Counted from the whole stretch's first letter, positions 11,771 to 25,324 are shown. The stretch: 59,569 bases of DNA, filler included, from Squatina squatina (GCA_031763465.1; 4 parts of 4 records of this genome joined end to end with filler, not necessarily neighbours in it), one strand, 5' to 3'. Numbers and translations: made by a program. Notes: a model not told the origin generated them from the sequence alone.

Positions 11771-13727
11771 CTGGCCAGGAGAGAAGAAAGTGAGGCAGAG
11801 GCCTCCACTTTCCTTTCACTTTATTTGCATAACAATTCCACACTTGCACCTGCTTTGTGTGTTTCTGAGTGCAAAGCAGAGGAAAATCAATGCTGCATTT
11901 TAACAAAGCACAATCGATACATTGCTGACTATACTTATGCCAAAAAGGCCATTCCCTTTATTTCTAAATTAGACAAACCTGCTTTTAAAACAAAATGGCT
12001 GTATCTGAAATCTAAACTTGTCTGTTCTCACCACAGATTCTGAATTTCATGCTGAGCATTTCCAGCATTTTATGTTTTTGTATATGTCTTTTTTATTAAA
12101 CCTTTTACAGCATTCCACTATACCTCAATTGTTTTTTTTTCTGTATATTGTTCATTTGTGTCCATCTGTTCTATTTCTGTACTTTATTTTACCCCATTAT
12201 AGTTGTACTTTTTGTTTCCTGACATTTTTCTTGCCTCAATTGCTGCTGAAACTCAACTTTGAACGGTGACCTTTACAGATATATCAGTAATGGTGTCACA
12301 GAGCGACTTCTGTAAGGTAGACCATTGTACAAATTAGAGCTGAAAACTCAGTGGAACAAGATGCAAAAGGGGAAACAACTTTGTGTAATTTTTTTTTGCA
12401 GATTCAGCTTTCCAAACAGTGGACTCTGTTTTACCAAATTATTAAATAGTTTTATCAGGCAAACAAAATAATGTTGCCCCTCAAATTATAAAACAGGAAG
12501 AATGCTAATTCACCCCAAGGCTGAGTGCATGTATTCTTCCCATTTAAAGATGGGGTGCTCATTGAACAGGCATATATTGACATGCACCTCATTACCAGCA
12601 TGTCATGTTAAAATCTTGTCCTTATGTTCCTGCATGCAAAATAACAATTTTGCACAGGGATATAAATCAATAGAATCTTCCCTTATTTTTCATACACTTT
12701 TTTATCTCCATTTATTTACTCAGAGGAAAATTATGGATCTTGGAAATTTTAATCTTGAGATATTTAACTGGGATACAGACTCCAATTTATTCAGTGAGCA
12801 AATAAACATAAGTTTCCAATCATTGAAAGAAAACCCTAAAGCTCCCATTATCGTTTACAGGTAAAGTCATTACGACAATGCTTTTAGAACCTAGATCCTG
12901 ACTTAATCTGATGCAAATCAACTTCAAGTAAACCGAAAACTTCCACGAATCATTCAGCTTTGAAGAATCAGCAGCCTATGAATCACTGGAGGTATTATAA
13001 ACATGAGCTTGTGCCAGCATTAATTAAAACATTATTAGCAACATATCTCCATAAATCTTTGTACAAATTGGGCTATGTTGTTGGGAATACTGTGCAGAGA
13101 TTAATTTTAAATGATAATGAATTGCAGCCTATAGGGGACTGAGGAGCAAGTGTATGAGAATCAGATCTTATTTCTTTCTCCAATACTAGGCCAAAAAATT
13201 AGGAGGAAGGACTCAACTTTGGCAGCTGTATATAAGTGAAATAAGAACAGGCTGTCTAAATTCATTTTCCAACAGAATTAAACAACATGAACCTGGCTTC
13301 AAAGTTAACACAATTAGCATTTGTTTGTAGTTCTTACTTAAAGTACAAGGAAAGAGGGAGAGGAAATACTAGAGAGAGGAACGAGAGGCATTCTTCACAT
13401 GTTGGGGTTAAAACTTATTATTAGGGCAATACGACTGGAGGCTGAGATCGATAGACTTTTGGACTCTAGGGGAATCNNNNNNNNNNNNNNNNNNNNNNNN
13501 NNNNNNNNNNNNNNNNNNNNNNNNNNNNNNNNNNNNNNNNNNNNNNNNNNNNNNNNNNNNNNNNNNNNNNNNNNNNTTCAAGGCAATCAGAGGTGGTAAT
13601 GGCAACATTACAAAGCACATTAACTAGATGGGTGTAAACAAAGAGAGAAAAAAGAGAGGAAAAAAAAGCAGCCATGAGGGAAGGGAAAATAGATTCAATT
13701 TAAAAGCTGAAAAAAGAAAAATGAATT

Positions 13728-13825
13728 TTTTCTCTCCGCAGATGCTGCCTGACCTGCTGAGTTTTTCTAGCATTTTTTGTTTATATTCTAGAGTCCAGCA
13801 ACCGCAGTATTTCGCTTTTGTATTA
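13728..13825 (+). mobile_element. Penelope-like terminal repeat fragment
   Basis: TCTCTCCGCAGATGCTGCCTGACCTGCTGAGTTTTTCTAGCATTTTTTGTTT...CCAGCAACCGCAGTATTTCGCTTTTG. Confidence 0.75.
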
Positions 13826-14565
13826 GTGTGGCCTCATTCTGTGCTGTATATCCTATGTAATTCTATATAATGTTAGATGATTCACAAATAACATCTAAAA
13901 ATATAATTGGAATATTATAAAGCAGCACTTTATACAGTGACGTACAGACAGCCATCTCTGAATACATAAAAAAAATACAATTTTTAAAAAATTCTGAAGC
14001 ATAAATACTGCTGTTGTCTCCAAAGTTTAGATTCACAATGTCACCACACTCAGCCTATACTGTGCCACACAGAAATAAGGTGACAGCTGCACTCTTCCCC
14101 AAATTATTTTCCACGATATTAGTCTGCTAGATGTACAGGTCTGTAAAAGTTGTCCCATTTCAAAGTATGCAGACTATTTTGAGAACACCTCTGGTAGTAT
14201 ACGACCAGGACTGAAATGGATTAATTTCATGTAAACTCAATTTATAGTGTATGAACAGGACTATCTACTTTTAAACTGCTTACTCTAATCTAGGGGACCC
14301 ATTTACACTGGCAGGCTAATCAAATACACAGTGGGGAACCTCATTCCTTTCGATCCACCATTCCTCATTGCGTATTCACTAATTACAGTTATTATCATGT
14401 AGTGTCATTAAATAATAACATTCCGGAAGCTTTGTTATCCTTTTCTAACCCGCTTTTAGCTTGTGACACCAGTTCTATCATGCAGATGCTGCTATTAAAT
14501 TGGTATGGACCCAGGGGCTAAAGTGAAGATGTTCATAGCAGTATTGTAAATCCTGTGGATTTGCA

Positions 14566-14665
14566 NNNNNNNNNNNNNNNNNNNNNNNNNNNNNNNNNNN
14601 NNNNNNNNNTTAATTAATTAANNNNNNNNNNNNNNNNNNNNNNNNNNNNNNNNNNNNNNNNNNNN
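14566..14665. other. Artificial contig spacer (six-frame stop linker)
   Basis: 44 N + TTAATTAATTAA (14610-14621) + 44 N. Confidence 0.97.
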
Positions 14666-15180
14666 TAACTCATTAGGCCAGATCTTTCCAAGCTGAGTGC
14701 ATACTTCTCCTGCAGAGAGAGCACTATGGAGACCTCCTTTCCTGCCCTTCTTTCAGAAGCACCTTCATTCGGGGTATCAGTGACCTGCAACATTTTGCAG
14801 ATGTCTCATAAGTGTCATTGTTTGCAGCAAAACAAGAAATACATTGCCCTTTAATCAGCAGTCGTAGCCCTTTAAGAACTGCAAAAGTGCACAATTTCCT
14901 GACCCGACTGCAGGCAGTGAGCTCCTGCTGACAGGCCCAATCTGGGTAGGGGCTTTCCTATTAGTAAATATGTCAACTTGGGAAATCATGTGAGATTGGC
15001 CCTTCCATGATTTCACTAACTGTCAAGCTTGTTGTGCTCCAGTCCAATGTTTCAACATTGGGACATATAAAAGATAACTGTACATCTCTGCAATAAATCA
15101 ATCCAAGGCAAATCAGGAGAGCAGAAAATTGGTGAAGATATTTTTAAAGATGACTCATCCAGATATCCAATGAGACAAAG

Positions 15181-15620
15181 GGCTTGATTTTCCTCCATTG
15201 CAGTTTTACCACTACAGACTCTCTGACCCTGCTCTGACCCTGTTGGATTTCCTGGGTCAGCTCAATTTTAATTTTGAGGACGGGCTCCCAGCACTATTTG
15301 CGTCCTCTGTTGAGAGCTCGCCTCTGTGGGGGAGGGAGGGAAATCCCATGCAGATGCAGCAGCTTAAAAGGCAGGCCGGGCAATTTTTGAGCAAGCAGAA
15401 GGCCTTCACATACTCTATTTTGTTCTTAAAGGAGAAATAGTCCATATCCAAAGAATACAAACTACCACAGGTGGTGGACCCCCGATCCTCAGGTCTCTCA
15501 CTCCTTACAAGGAGAAAGCCCTGGAACACTTGGGCAGGCATATGGGGAAGCAGGGAAGTTGTGGGGGAGGGGGTTGGAGTACCAGCTGTTGGTTAAGCTC
15601 CTTCTGTCTTGTCTCCTCAG
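15181..15620. mobile_element. Non-autonomous DNA transposon fragment (Harbinger-like end)
   Basis: Starts GGGCTTGATTTTCC, like other GG(G)CY.GATTTT termini in the window. GC-rich body. Confidence 0.35.
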
Positions 15621-15903
15621 TTCCTGGTGCTCAAATGCAACCTGGCATCACAATATATTGTGAATGTTTAAGCTCTCATCTTGTTCTGAAATTGCGATGA
15701 CGAATGCACACCTCATTTATCCATGCTAACCCTTCTCCTTTTGTTGCCCACCACAGCAATAAGCCGACGAAAAGAGACTAGAAGAACTTAGTCCCTCTGC
15801 TTCNNNNNNNNNNNNNNNNNNNNNNNNNNNNNNNNNNNNNNNNNNNNNNNNNNNNNNNNNNNNNNNNNNNNNNNNNNNNNNNNNNNNNNNNNNNNNNNNN
15901 NNN

Positions 15904-16135
15904 GGAGGAAAAACTTTTTTTTTTTTTTTTTTACGCAGCAAGTGGTTAGGATCTGGAATGCACTGCTTGAAAGAGTGGTAGCCACAGACTCAATCATGGT
16001 TTTCAAAAGGGGATTGGATAAATTTGCAGTGCTACGGGGAAAGCGTGGGGGAGTGGGCCCAGCTGAAGTGCTCTTGCAGAGAGCTGGCCTGGGCCCAACA
16101 GGCCGAATGGCCTCAATTTGTGCTGTAGTATTCTT
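15904..16135 (+). mobile_element. CR1 LINE 3' end
   Basis: VVRIWNALLERVVATDSIMVFKRGLDK is the CR1 ORF2 C-terminus, followed by a GGCCGAATGGCCTC..TGTGCTGTA tail. Confidence 0.85.
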
Positions 16136-17624
16136 TGGTTCTAGGTGAAGGAACTGTTCCAGCAATGTAAGTGTTAATGTTCTGTTAATAGTTTTGTGCA
16201 AGAGATATTCCAAAGCCATGCATTTGATTTTAATTACCATGACATTATGCCCAGGAATCATGTGTTATTACCAGGATGCTCGCCAGTTTAGTCACGTTTT
16301 TAAAATACTGCATATATAAAACTGCTCTAATGTTGGTGCACGCGTGAACAAGTGCCAGGGTTTCTGGGAGTTATTTTATAGTGCAGACTTCTATGATGTC
16401 CTGAAAGCATTACCTTGCTATTTAAAGATAATGACATTTCTGTAGTATCTCAAAGTGTCTCAATAATAGCATTTTAGGTATGCTGTCATATAGCAAAATG
16501 GTGGGGGTTGAGGCAGATGCTGAGAGGGCATGTGTGGTAGTTTAAGTGAGATGTTGGGAGGATGTGTGCATAGAAATCACACTCTGCAGGAGATTTATAT
16601 TCCATTGAATGCCCCCCTTTGTATTTGATTTAGAAGAATTATAGGTGGGTATACAAATGAAAAATACATCAGTTTTATGGCTTTATTCTGTGGCCCACAA
16701 TTGCAATCATAGTTACAATCAGCAGTGGCATAACCTGCAAGTAATTGTGCTCCACAAAGAGGTTAAACTTGTTACAAAGACCAGAGAAGGAGAAGTATTG
16801 TGTTGTTGTTTTGGTTTTTATAGTGCTTCCCATGGAATTTTCAGCAGAATTCAGCAGCCAAATGCTGACACCCAAGAATGGCAAGCAGCATCCCAAAGAA
16901 CCAAGCTGATGGTTACCAAAGAAATAACTGCCAGTGTTGTAATAAATGATCTTGGCTACCAGTATTCATCACCTGCTTTTTTTGTGAGAAATTATTTTTG
17001 GAAACGATGTATCCGACGTGAAACAGGTTTTAAATGTGTGTAGTGTTTACAGGAGTTATAAGATCGTTCGCTTTAAATCAATAGTTTTGTTTTTGCAACC
17101 AAAATAGGGGTAGTAGCCAGAACTTTCTTATGGAGGTATGCTCAGAAACCTGCAATCAAATGTTTCTAAAAGTTAGAAAGAAGTGTGGTTAATATCTACA
17201 GTATCACTCCAAAGCTCGGATCCTATGCATTAAATATTTTGAATCCATTAAACTAATCTAGCAACTGCAGTGAGAGCTTCTTCCTTTGTACCATCACCTG
17301 TAAAAGTGTTCATCAACTTGTAGAGACAAATTTTGAAAAGAAATAACGTAAGAACAAGACAAGTGAAGAATCTTTTATCTTTAATTGGAATGTAGTTAAA
17401 AGGCAGAATGGTTTCTGCATTTCTCTATACATAGGAATGTTCCTTTTATTTTCTACCACTTAACTGGGTCTTTTAACAGAACATGTTGGAATTTTCCCTA
17501 TTCATAGGCAATGGAGTAAAATGCAGCTTTACTTTGTTCAACTTCAGCAGATAAACGAATCATGTAAACATGAAGAATTTGTCAACACAACCTGAAACAT
17601 ATAAATCTGGTTGTATAGGAGCTT

Positions 17625-17750
17625 GGTAGATGCAATGGGCCTGCACAATCTTCTTTCATCTCTGTGACAGGCATTTGAATCCAGCTCCCACTAATGGGCT
17701 GAGAAAGTCTCCTCCCCTCTCTCTGGCAGAAAGGGTCAAGTTGCCTGATT
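17625..17750 (+). mobile_element. tRNA-derived SINE head (LF-SINE-like)
   Basis: CTTTCATCTCTGTGACAGGCATTTGAATCCAGC resembles the recalled LF-SINE head CCTTTCACCTCT...GGTTCGAATCCAGCCC (B-box-like). Confidence 0.3.
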
Positions 17751-20700
17751 NNNNNNNNNNNNNNNNNNNNNNNNNNNNNNNNNNNNNNNNNNNNNNNNNN
17801 NNNNNNNNNNNNNNNNNNNNNNNNNNNNNNNNNNNNNNNNNNNNNNNNNNCTGCCGAGTACGCTTCAAAATACATACAGTATAGCAATTGCCCAGGCTGT
17901 GGAAATCTACAGGGTAATACTATAAGCAGACGGCATCATTTTCAATCAGCAATAAATGTTTGACTTGACTAGCTACAAGCCAAAATCCTGTCAGAATCTG
18001 CACGGTGTGGAGTTTCTGACTGGCCATGTAAATACAAAGTACCGACCTGGAAAGAGATATGGTCTGCAATTAGAGATTAATGAGATTTGTGGCTTTTTTG
18101 TGTACCTGAATTTTTTTTTGAAGAACTCAGCCCAAAGTTCAAATTCATGACTGTAAAATTTGATTATCTTTATTAGTTTTACCCGCAATCTTTATTTGAT
18201 CCAGTGGGAAAGAAAACAAATATTGTACATAGCACAATTTTCTTTGGAGCCCTGAAGATTTACCAATGCAGTCATGATTTTTTGATTTCAAAGGTTATAA
18301 CAGTAAATTAAATAAAAGTCTTCCTAGGTCTCTAAATTGCCAGGAGTTTGTGGCGTAATCCCATGCTGTCAAATTACCAGCACACACGGTGGGACAAATC
18401 CACAAAAGGCTTTTAGATAAACTCATTTTGCTGTTTGTCCAATATCATTACATCAGTTCATTGTAAATAAATTGAATTAGTTGTTTTAACCTTCACAAGT
18501 TGTATTACCAAGTGGTATTTTCACCATTCATGGATCTGAAGATAGTCCATAAATCTTAGCAATTTCCAGTAGGTAATTTTCCACAATTATATTTAATTGT
18601 TGGGCCCAAGCTAATAGACCGAGGTTGTGTAGTGTGCATGGCCAAAAGTGAAAGATGCTAGTTGATATTTACATTAACACAATACTGATCAATAGACAGT
18701 GAATTTTCATCAGCTGTTGTGAATCACATAACACTACATAAATGGTTTCAACAATAGCAATATAAAATGAAAACAGTGGCTCAGGTTATGTCCTTTGAAC
18801 GCTCCTGTCACAAACCATACTTTAGGATTAAAGTCAACATACTCAAACTCATATACTCTTGGTAACTTCATAGAAGGTGAGATGTAAGGCCAAAAAATTG
18901 CTTATTTTCTGGTCTGGACAAATTAAAGAAAGTTTTGAAAGTTGGGGTTTAGTTTCATTAATGGAGGATACCATCTTTTACCTACCCTTAGTAACTATTC
19001 TTCATGGATGAAGACTTCACTAGACAGTGAGCATCAGGGTTATCAGCCCTGATCACTAACGAGGGATCTCTAATGCAAAGCGTACACATAGACATCAGGT
19101 TAAAACAGAACAGAGCTCGCCTGTGATGCTCCCACAGTCGAATATCCCACTGAATCTCTCTCTATGCTCACACCATGGATCTTCCCATTGGTTTGGTAAG
19201 TACATCATGGTTTTTGGGAGAGAGAAAATCGGCCAAGCTTCTTGCGCTTGATCACTATACGGTGGCTATCTCCCAGAAGTGCATATGTGCAGTCATTGGA
19301 ACCCGGTTTAACTGTAATACCCAACAATTGAATAGCCTTCTGACACTCACTTTCAGACTTGTACATGAATAATGGTACATGATTGAAGTACCAGATTATG
19401 TCCAGCCCCCATGGAACTTTACCCCAGAAAGGATTCAACAACTTCAAGAAAGGAAGGGATGAAATAGTCAATTAAAAGAAAAAAGTATTTCAGCGATAAA
19501 AGGATAGTTACCTTGGAACTATGGCGAAAATTTGCATCATCACTCCAGGGTGGCAAATGGATGGAACGGATAACCTGCCCATTATAGATTCCACCTGATT
19601 TTCATTTCCAAGTGGACAAGTGATCTGCTCAAATGGTGAAAGTCAAAATTATTCCCCAGTTTTCAGTTTTCGACCTATGGTAGAGGGGAGAAAATTGTGG
19701 GGGTTGTGGGGGGTGGGGGATGTTGGGGTGGGGGAGGTGGGGGGAAGGAGCCTAGAGAGGTGTGTCCAAAGCCCTCACACAATAATTCTTCAAGTGTCTG
19801 AAAATAAGACATTTATCTTTTCATTGCCTAGCCAACAGTTTAGAAATTTTATTAATGTTAAACAGAAAACTGTCAGTGTGAAATGGTGTGGGTAATACTG
19901 TAGAACTTAGGTTGCAATGTTCACAAGTTATGTCTCAATAACACCAAATGCTTGGAATGTATTGTTTTGCCTTTTCTTCATTTGGAGCATTATTAAAGTG
20001 ACCCAAATCTGTTGCCAATCTCGCATACACTGGGAAACATCATTGAGTGCAAACCTGAACTCACAGGTCCAAAGTCTGAACTTTTGTAATATAAATGATT
20101 AAATGCTTCTGCTAGTGTTTCTTCAGTTAACTGACATGTTTGCCTGTTATATTTGTCAGAGAAAAGGTTAATTACATTTGTAGCCCGTTGGTTTCAAGAA
20201 ATTTGCAGGTGAATTGCTTGCTATTTTTATAAGCAAAATATGCAAATTAGCAGGCGTGAATTTAAAAAAATGCGTGTCCTAACTTTGATTTGAGTAAGTT
20301 GAGTTCGTAAAGCTGATGTTTATATTTTAGTGTCAGCTAATGTCTTATTTTCTTAATCTGAAAGAAATTCATTTCTAATGTTCAAAGACCCTGTTGTTCC
20401 ATTGAAGTCCTCTTTGAAATGAAGCCCCTTTCTGTCGGTCATGTTTTTGGTGCGCTTAGGCCTGACGATATGAGAATTCTTCGCTCCTATGCCATGTTCA
20501 TGCTGAGTTCTGTTGCTGCAATCTGGGCCTAGCATTTGATGCCAGTACCTCCTATTTTAATGACTGTAAGGCACCACCAATGAAACAAGCCGCATCAAAA
20601 CAAGTAGGGCCACACTTCCTCCTCCCATCGCTGCATGAACATTCTGTTTTTTTTTTCCTCCATCTGTTAAAATCAAAGAGCAAAGCACTTTTTTTTCGAT

Positions 20701-20879
20701 AAAATGTTTGGATTCATGAGACTGAAAACTCACCAGATCCAGATCGACATGTCCCAGAACACTGAAGGAGGCTGGGGATGAGATAGCAGAAGCACTAATT
20801 TTCCCTCAAATCTTTTGAATCAAGAATTGTAACAAAGCTCAAGAAATGGGGAAAAAAGCATGCTCGCAGCTGAAAGGGC

Positions 20880-21011
20880 AAAAGCAAAATACCGCAGAGG
20901 CTGGAAATCTGAAATAAAAACAAAATGCTGGAAATACTCAGCAGGTCAGGCAGCATCTGTGGAGAGAGAAATAGAGTTACCGTTTCAGGTCGATGACCCT
21001 TTGTCAGAACT
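20880..21011 (-). mobile_element. Penelope-like terminal repeat containing a hammerhead motif
   Basis: Reverse complement aligns with 41257-41350. Confidence 0.8.
20975..21011 (-). ncRNA. Degenerate minimal hammerhead ribozyme
   Basis: Minus strand AGTT-CTGACAA-AGGGTC-ATC-GACCT-GAAAC-GGT-AACT: stem I AGTT/AACT, stem II GGTC/GACC, core CUGAnGA with G8>A. Confidence 0.65.
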
Positions 21012-21730
21012 CATAGGGATCCTAGAGCAGTTATTCTTATCCTGGTTGTGCATCAACTTCCAGAGTCCCTAATACAATTTACAATTGGAAAGGCAGGGGC
21101 AGTCAGCACGGATGCTTGACTGATTTAATTGCATATTGAATTGATTGAATAATTATGAAATGCTTTCAGTGTGTAAATAATGAAATATCTCACCTACTGG
21201 TTGGCAAATCAGTAACAAGAGGACACACACCAAAGATTATCACTGGGAGAACATGGAACGCTTTAGCATGAGTGACTATTGAGCCAAGTATTGCAACATC
21301 AATTCAAAAAGGCATTGGATACTTATTTGAAAAGGNNNNNNNNNNNNNNNNNNNNNNNNNNNNNNNNNNNNNNNNNNNNNNNNNNNNNNNNNNNNNNNNN
21401 NNNNNNNNNNNNNNNNNNNNNNNNNNNNNNNNNNNAGCGCAATGCCTAGGAAACAACGCCGAACCATAGTAACCCCTCACTGTTCTCAATCTGCCTTTTA
21501 ATGTTGTGAGTGGCAACTAATGCCAAGTTAACAAATGAATTTCTGAGTTGACTATTGAACACAGAATTAAAAGGCTGAATTGGGAAATCAAGGCTGAAAG
21601 TAACTTATTATAAGTTCAGGCATTGCACACAATCAATAATTTGTTGAAGCCAAGTGTAATAATTTTACTGACAAGTCACTCATTGGTTATTTTTAATACT
21701 TCTTGTGATTTTTTTTTTGCTCATCAAAAG

Positions 21731-21801
21731 GGAGAGATGTCAGTGGGGGAATGGAACATTTTTCATTTGAAGCATCCAATGTTCAGATCAAGCACTGCAA
21801 G
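21731..21801 (+). other. Candidate exon (71 nt)
   Basis: tttttttttgctcatcaaaag|GGAGAG...CTGCAAG|gtaagt. Two frames open, no homology recognised. Confidence 0.3.
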
Positions 21802-22996
21802 GTAAGTCATTGCATTGTTGGGCATGTCCAACAATGTGCTTCAGCTCCACTCTCAAAAGAGCACTGACTACTGCAACAGTGTGAATTTTCCATTTCCCAG
21901 ACTTGCCATTCTGTGGCCTTGATAACTGATAGTGCCAATTAGGGCCAAATTAGGGATAGTTTTCTACTGTGGGCCCACTCGGAACTGGATAAGACTGCCT
22001 AAAATGTATTTTTACCACTCGTAAACAGAGGAATATTCTGCTTTTAAATTCAATTTCAGTCGATGCACAACAGTAATTTAATCTAAATTCACATACCTCA
22101 AGTTCTATAGAGGCAGTCATCCATTTACCACTTCTTTTAGTGCCTGTAGTCAGTCATAATTAACTATATGGCTAGTGTCCATTACTGGCATGACATTTTT
22201 TGTTGCATTCAGCATAGGGATCATTAGGATCCAAATTGTTCAAGTTTACCTGAACATCCAGCTCATATACTCAACTGCCATTTTAGGATTCTTATTAATT
22301 CATTCAGGAAACACTGAGGCTGAAACTGCACTCTTAGGCTCACTAGGATTATGCCCCAAGCTTTTATTCTTTGTCTACTGAAGCGCCCATCTTTCTAAAA
22401 AAAGAAGTTTTCTGCAGGGAGCTGAAGTTACAGAGTATGCTTAAATTACATTTAGACAGCGCTTTGAGAATTCAGTTTTCTCACAGATGCTGAAGACTCA
22501 AAAGTGGTTGCTCGTGAATGATGATCCAGTAAAAAGAATACCTAACTGGAACTGAAGAAGGACAACAGCAAATTAGGGCTGGGTTTTATCAATATATAAA
22601 AGTCTAACCAATGATTTATTGATCACTTGGTAACAGGTCCATAATATCAAAATTAAAAAAGGAAAAACTGTAAATGCTGGAAACCTGAAATAAGAACNNN
22701 NNNNNNNNNNNNNNNNNNNNNNNNNNNNNNNNNNNNNNNNNNNNNNNNNNNNNNNNNNNNNNNNNNNNNNNNNNNNNNNNNNNNNNNNNNNNNNNNNTAT
22801 TTGCACGAATGTGTTATGACACACTGAGTGTCATTTCACAAAAGGAAAATTGTGGAGAGCACACAAAAATTCCCAATACAAGCTCCTAGTGGGTGACGCT
22901 GCACACTGGAAGTGCAATTTAATAAAATTGCCCCTATTACGTACACAAACTTTGATCTTGGCTGGATTGCTGGAGATGGGCGGTCAACTTTTGCAG

Positions 22997-23136
22997 AGTT
23001 CCCACTGAGCACAGCAATGTAAATGAGAGAAGGGCAACTCCGCATAATGTCATCAAGTGGAATCAGAGCAGGGATGCCAGAGTAGCAGCTTCTATCAATA
23101 TAAACAAGGACCAGTTTGATGTTAAGACTACCTAGA
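22997..23136 (+). other. Candidate exon (140 nt)
   Basis: ttttgcag|AGTTCCC...ACCTAGA|gtgagta. One frame is open for 45 codons and is phase-compatible with 21731-21801. Confidence 0.22.
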
Positions 23137-23677
23137 GTGAGTAGTATTATTCCTTCTGCTCGTGGTAACCGGAACAATTATCTTAACGGACTCCCTGGAG
23201 AGAATAATGTTTTCCCTCTTTGACTTGATGACAAGAATGATTACTTAGCTGACTGCATTTACAAGCTCAGTTCACCTCTGCCATAAGAAACATGCTGGAG
23301 GCAAAAGGGGGGAAATCTCTGACCAACTAAACAAAACTACTTGAGATTAAATAAATAAATATAAAAGCTACTTCCAATTAAATTAGAAGACAATGTAGTG
23401 TTATCTCTAATCAGATCTTTCTGAGCCTAAACAAGAAATTCTTGGGGAATCTGTGTGACATCCAGGAGAATGGATGAACACAGCCCACTGAGTTTAAGGG
23501 GCCCTCATTGCTGAAGATGGAGGAGGGGAGAGGACAATCAATTTAGTGCGGACTGCAAATGAGATTACAAGGAGCATTCTCTCACTCACAAAAGATTTTC
23601 ATTATAATCACACTTACACTTGTAGTGGGTGTTAACAGTGAGTCATGAAAAAAAGTGTAATACGCTGTTGAGATATT

Positions 23678-24760
23678 AGCCTAGATTTTCCTTTCTGGCT
23701 TCCAAAAAGGGCAGCGGACTTCTACTCACCTGAATGAACCAGCACTGACTTGAGCAAATTTTCTGGGATCAGCTTTATTTAAATAATCAAGGTGGACTTC
23801 AGATGGTATTTCTGCCTCCAATTCAGGACATGGCACTGGAGGAGGAAGGGTAGTAAGAGGCATGCAGGGTTTAAACATCTGCAACAACTTTAAAGGCCAA
23901 GCATAATTAGAAACTTTTTTTAAAATTTACAAGCAGGAATCAGTTTATAATTTCTGACTCGGCTGCAGAGAACCCAAGGTTTGGAAGCATCAGTGAAAAT
24001 GCTGCTGTCCCAAAAGGAGAATGAGGAGAGGCGCTCTCTGGGATAGTGATAAAAGGGCCATCTAAGGGGAGAGCACAGGCACAATTGAATGAAGTTACCA
24101 TGGCAGTAAGTGCCACCTACATGACCCCTTGCAGGACAACTCAGTGCTGTAAGAAGTTTAATGACCTTACTAGGATCACCCCCCTCATATATATATTCTT
24201 CTTATTCTCGCATTCATTTTTGTCTGATTATGCCTCTATGAAATTTTCCACATTAAAGGTGCTACACAAATGGAAGTTGTTAATATATCAGCTAAGAGGA
24301 CGCAGCCACGCCTCCCAAAAATGCATTGCACCAGGTGTGCCACTTACAGCCACCTTTCCCACACTGTGTTGAAGTGCTTTGACAGCTTACCATTAAGGTC
24401 TAGGGCTGTGCGTAGGGGTCTTTACACACCTCCACCCAGCCATCATCTTCAAGTGTTTCATCACTCTCAACTTTATTTGTATGAACCTCACAAAGTCTCA
24501 CTGTCATCACTAATTTTATTCTGCATGCCGACACCTGGGTTTTCAACAGGTCAATTGCACCTAGCTACTCCAAAGCACTGCTACCAGCTTCCCTCTCTCC
24601 CCTTAGACTGCAGTGCCCAGCTTTCCTTCCTCCAAAACATCCAACTGCTTCCCCATCCCTCCCAACACTGCTCCCAGCTTCTCCCCTCCAACATGACAGG
24701 TTCCCACTCCTTTGTCTCTCTGCCAGTTTCCCCAGGCACAGGACAGAGAAACAATTGTCC
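23678..24760 (+). mobile_element. Harbinger fossil with Myb/SANT exon remnant
   Basis: Terminus-like GCCTAGATTTTCC. PRF motif near 23970 and QLNEVTMAVSATYMTPCRTTQCCKKFNDLTR (24080-24175), the QCRKKFNDL Myb/SANT signature. An L2 tail is inserted at ~24240-24285. Confidence 0.7.
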
Positions 24761-25324
24761 TTCCAAATGTGTCAAACACGTACACTGTGTACAAAGTAGA
24801 GTAGATGTGACCAGTAATATGCCAATTCTTTGTATTATGATGCCGAACATAAGGCTTATTTCATAGGTGGCTATTTTTTATGATGAGAGTGACACCAATT
24901 TTTTCATTGTTAAATTTGGTGTATTTGCTGAAGAGATTAGATTTAGATAGATCCGGGTCACTGGCTGGCCTCTGTTTGTCATGGTGAGCCAAATGTTCCT
25001 GTAATCTAAAATAAAATCTGGAGCAAAAAAGGTCATATTTGTTATGTGGGTTGTGTACCTTAAGGACATCTCAACAGGAGCTGCTTTCACATTGCCTACC
25101 GTTGTAATATTTATGCAAGCTGCGCATTGTGTGCATTGTGATGGGTAAGCTTGTCTGTTAGTTTCCTCATTGGCTAAATCTTCTTTCGCATTGCTTATAT
25201 ATTGGTACTTTCATTACTCACCAATCATATTTTGCACAACCTTTCTCTCCCATTTTAATTTTCTTCCCAATCACAGTTCGAAAAAAAGAAAGTTCTCACA
25301 CATAGCAACCATAAAGTTCCTTAC

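Larger units (their letters stand above)
20710..21335 (+). mobile_element. Heavily deleted CR1 LINE interrupted by a Penelope-like terminus
   Basis: SPDPD..PRTLKEAGDEIAEAL (20730-20800), SQHG..CLTDLI (~21100) and a CR1 3'-like stretch (21200-21335). Confidence 0.55.

Noticed and set aside
14610-14621. TTAATTAATTAA as a piggyBac target or biological palindrome
   Set aside because: Identical and centred in three N spacers, so it is an artificial linker.
24270-24866. 198-aa ORF
   Set aside because: Low-complexity C/T-rich transposon-internal sequence with no domain.
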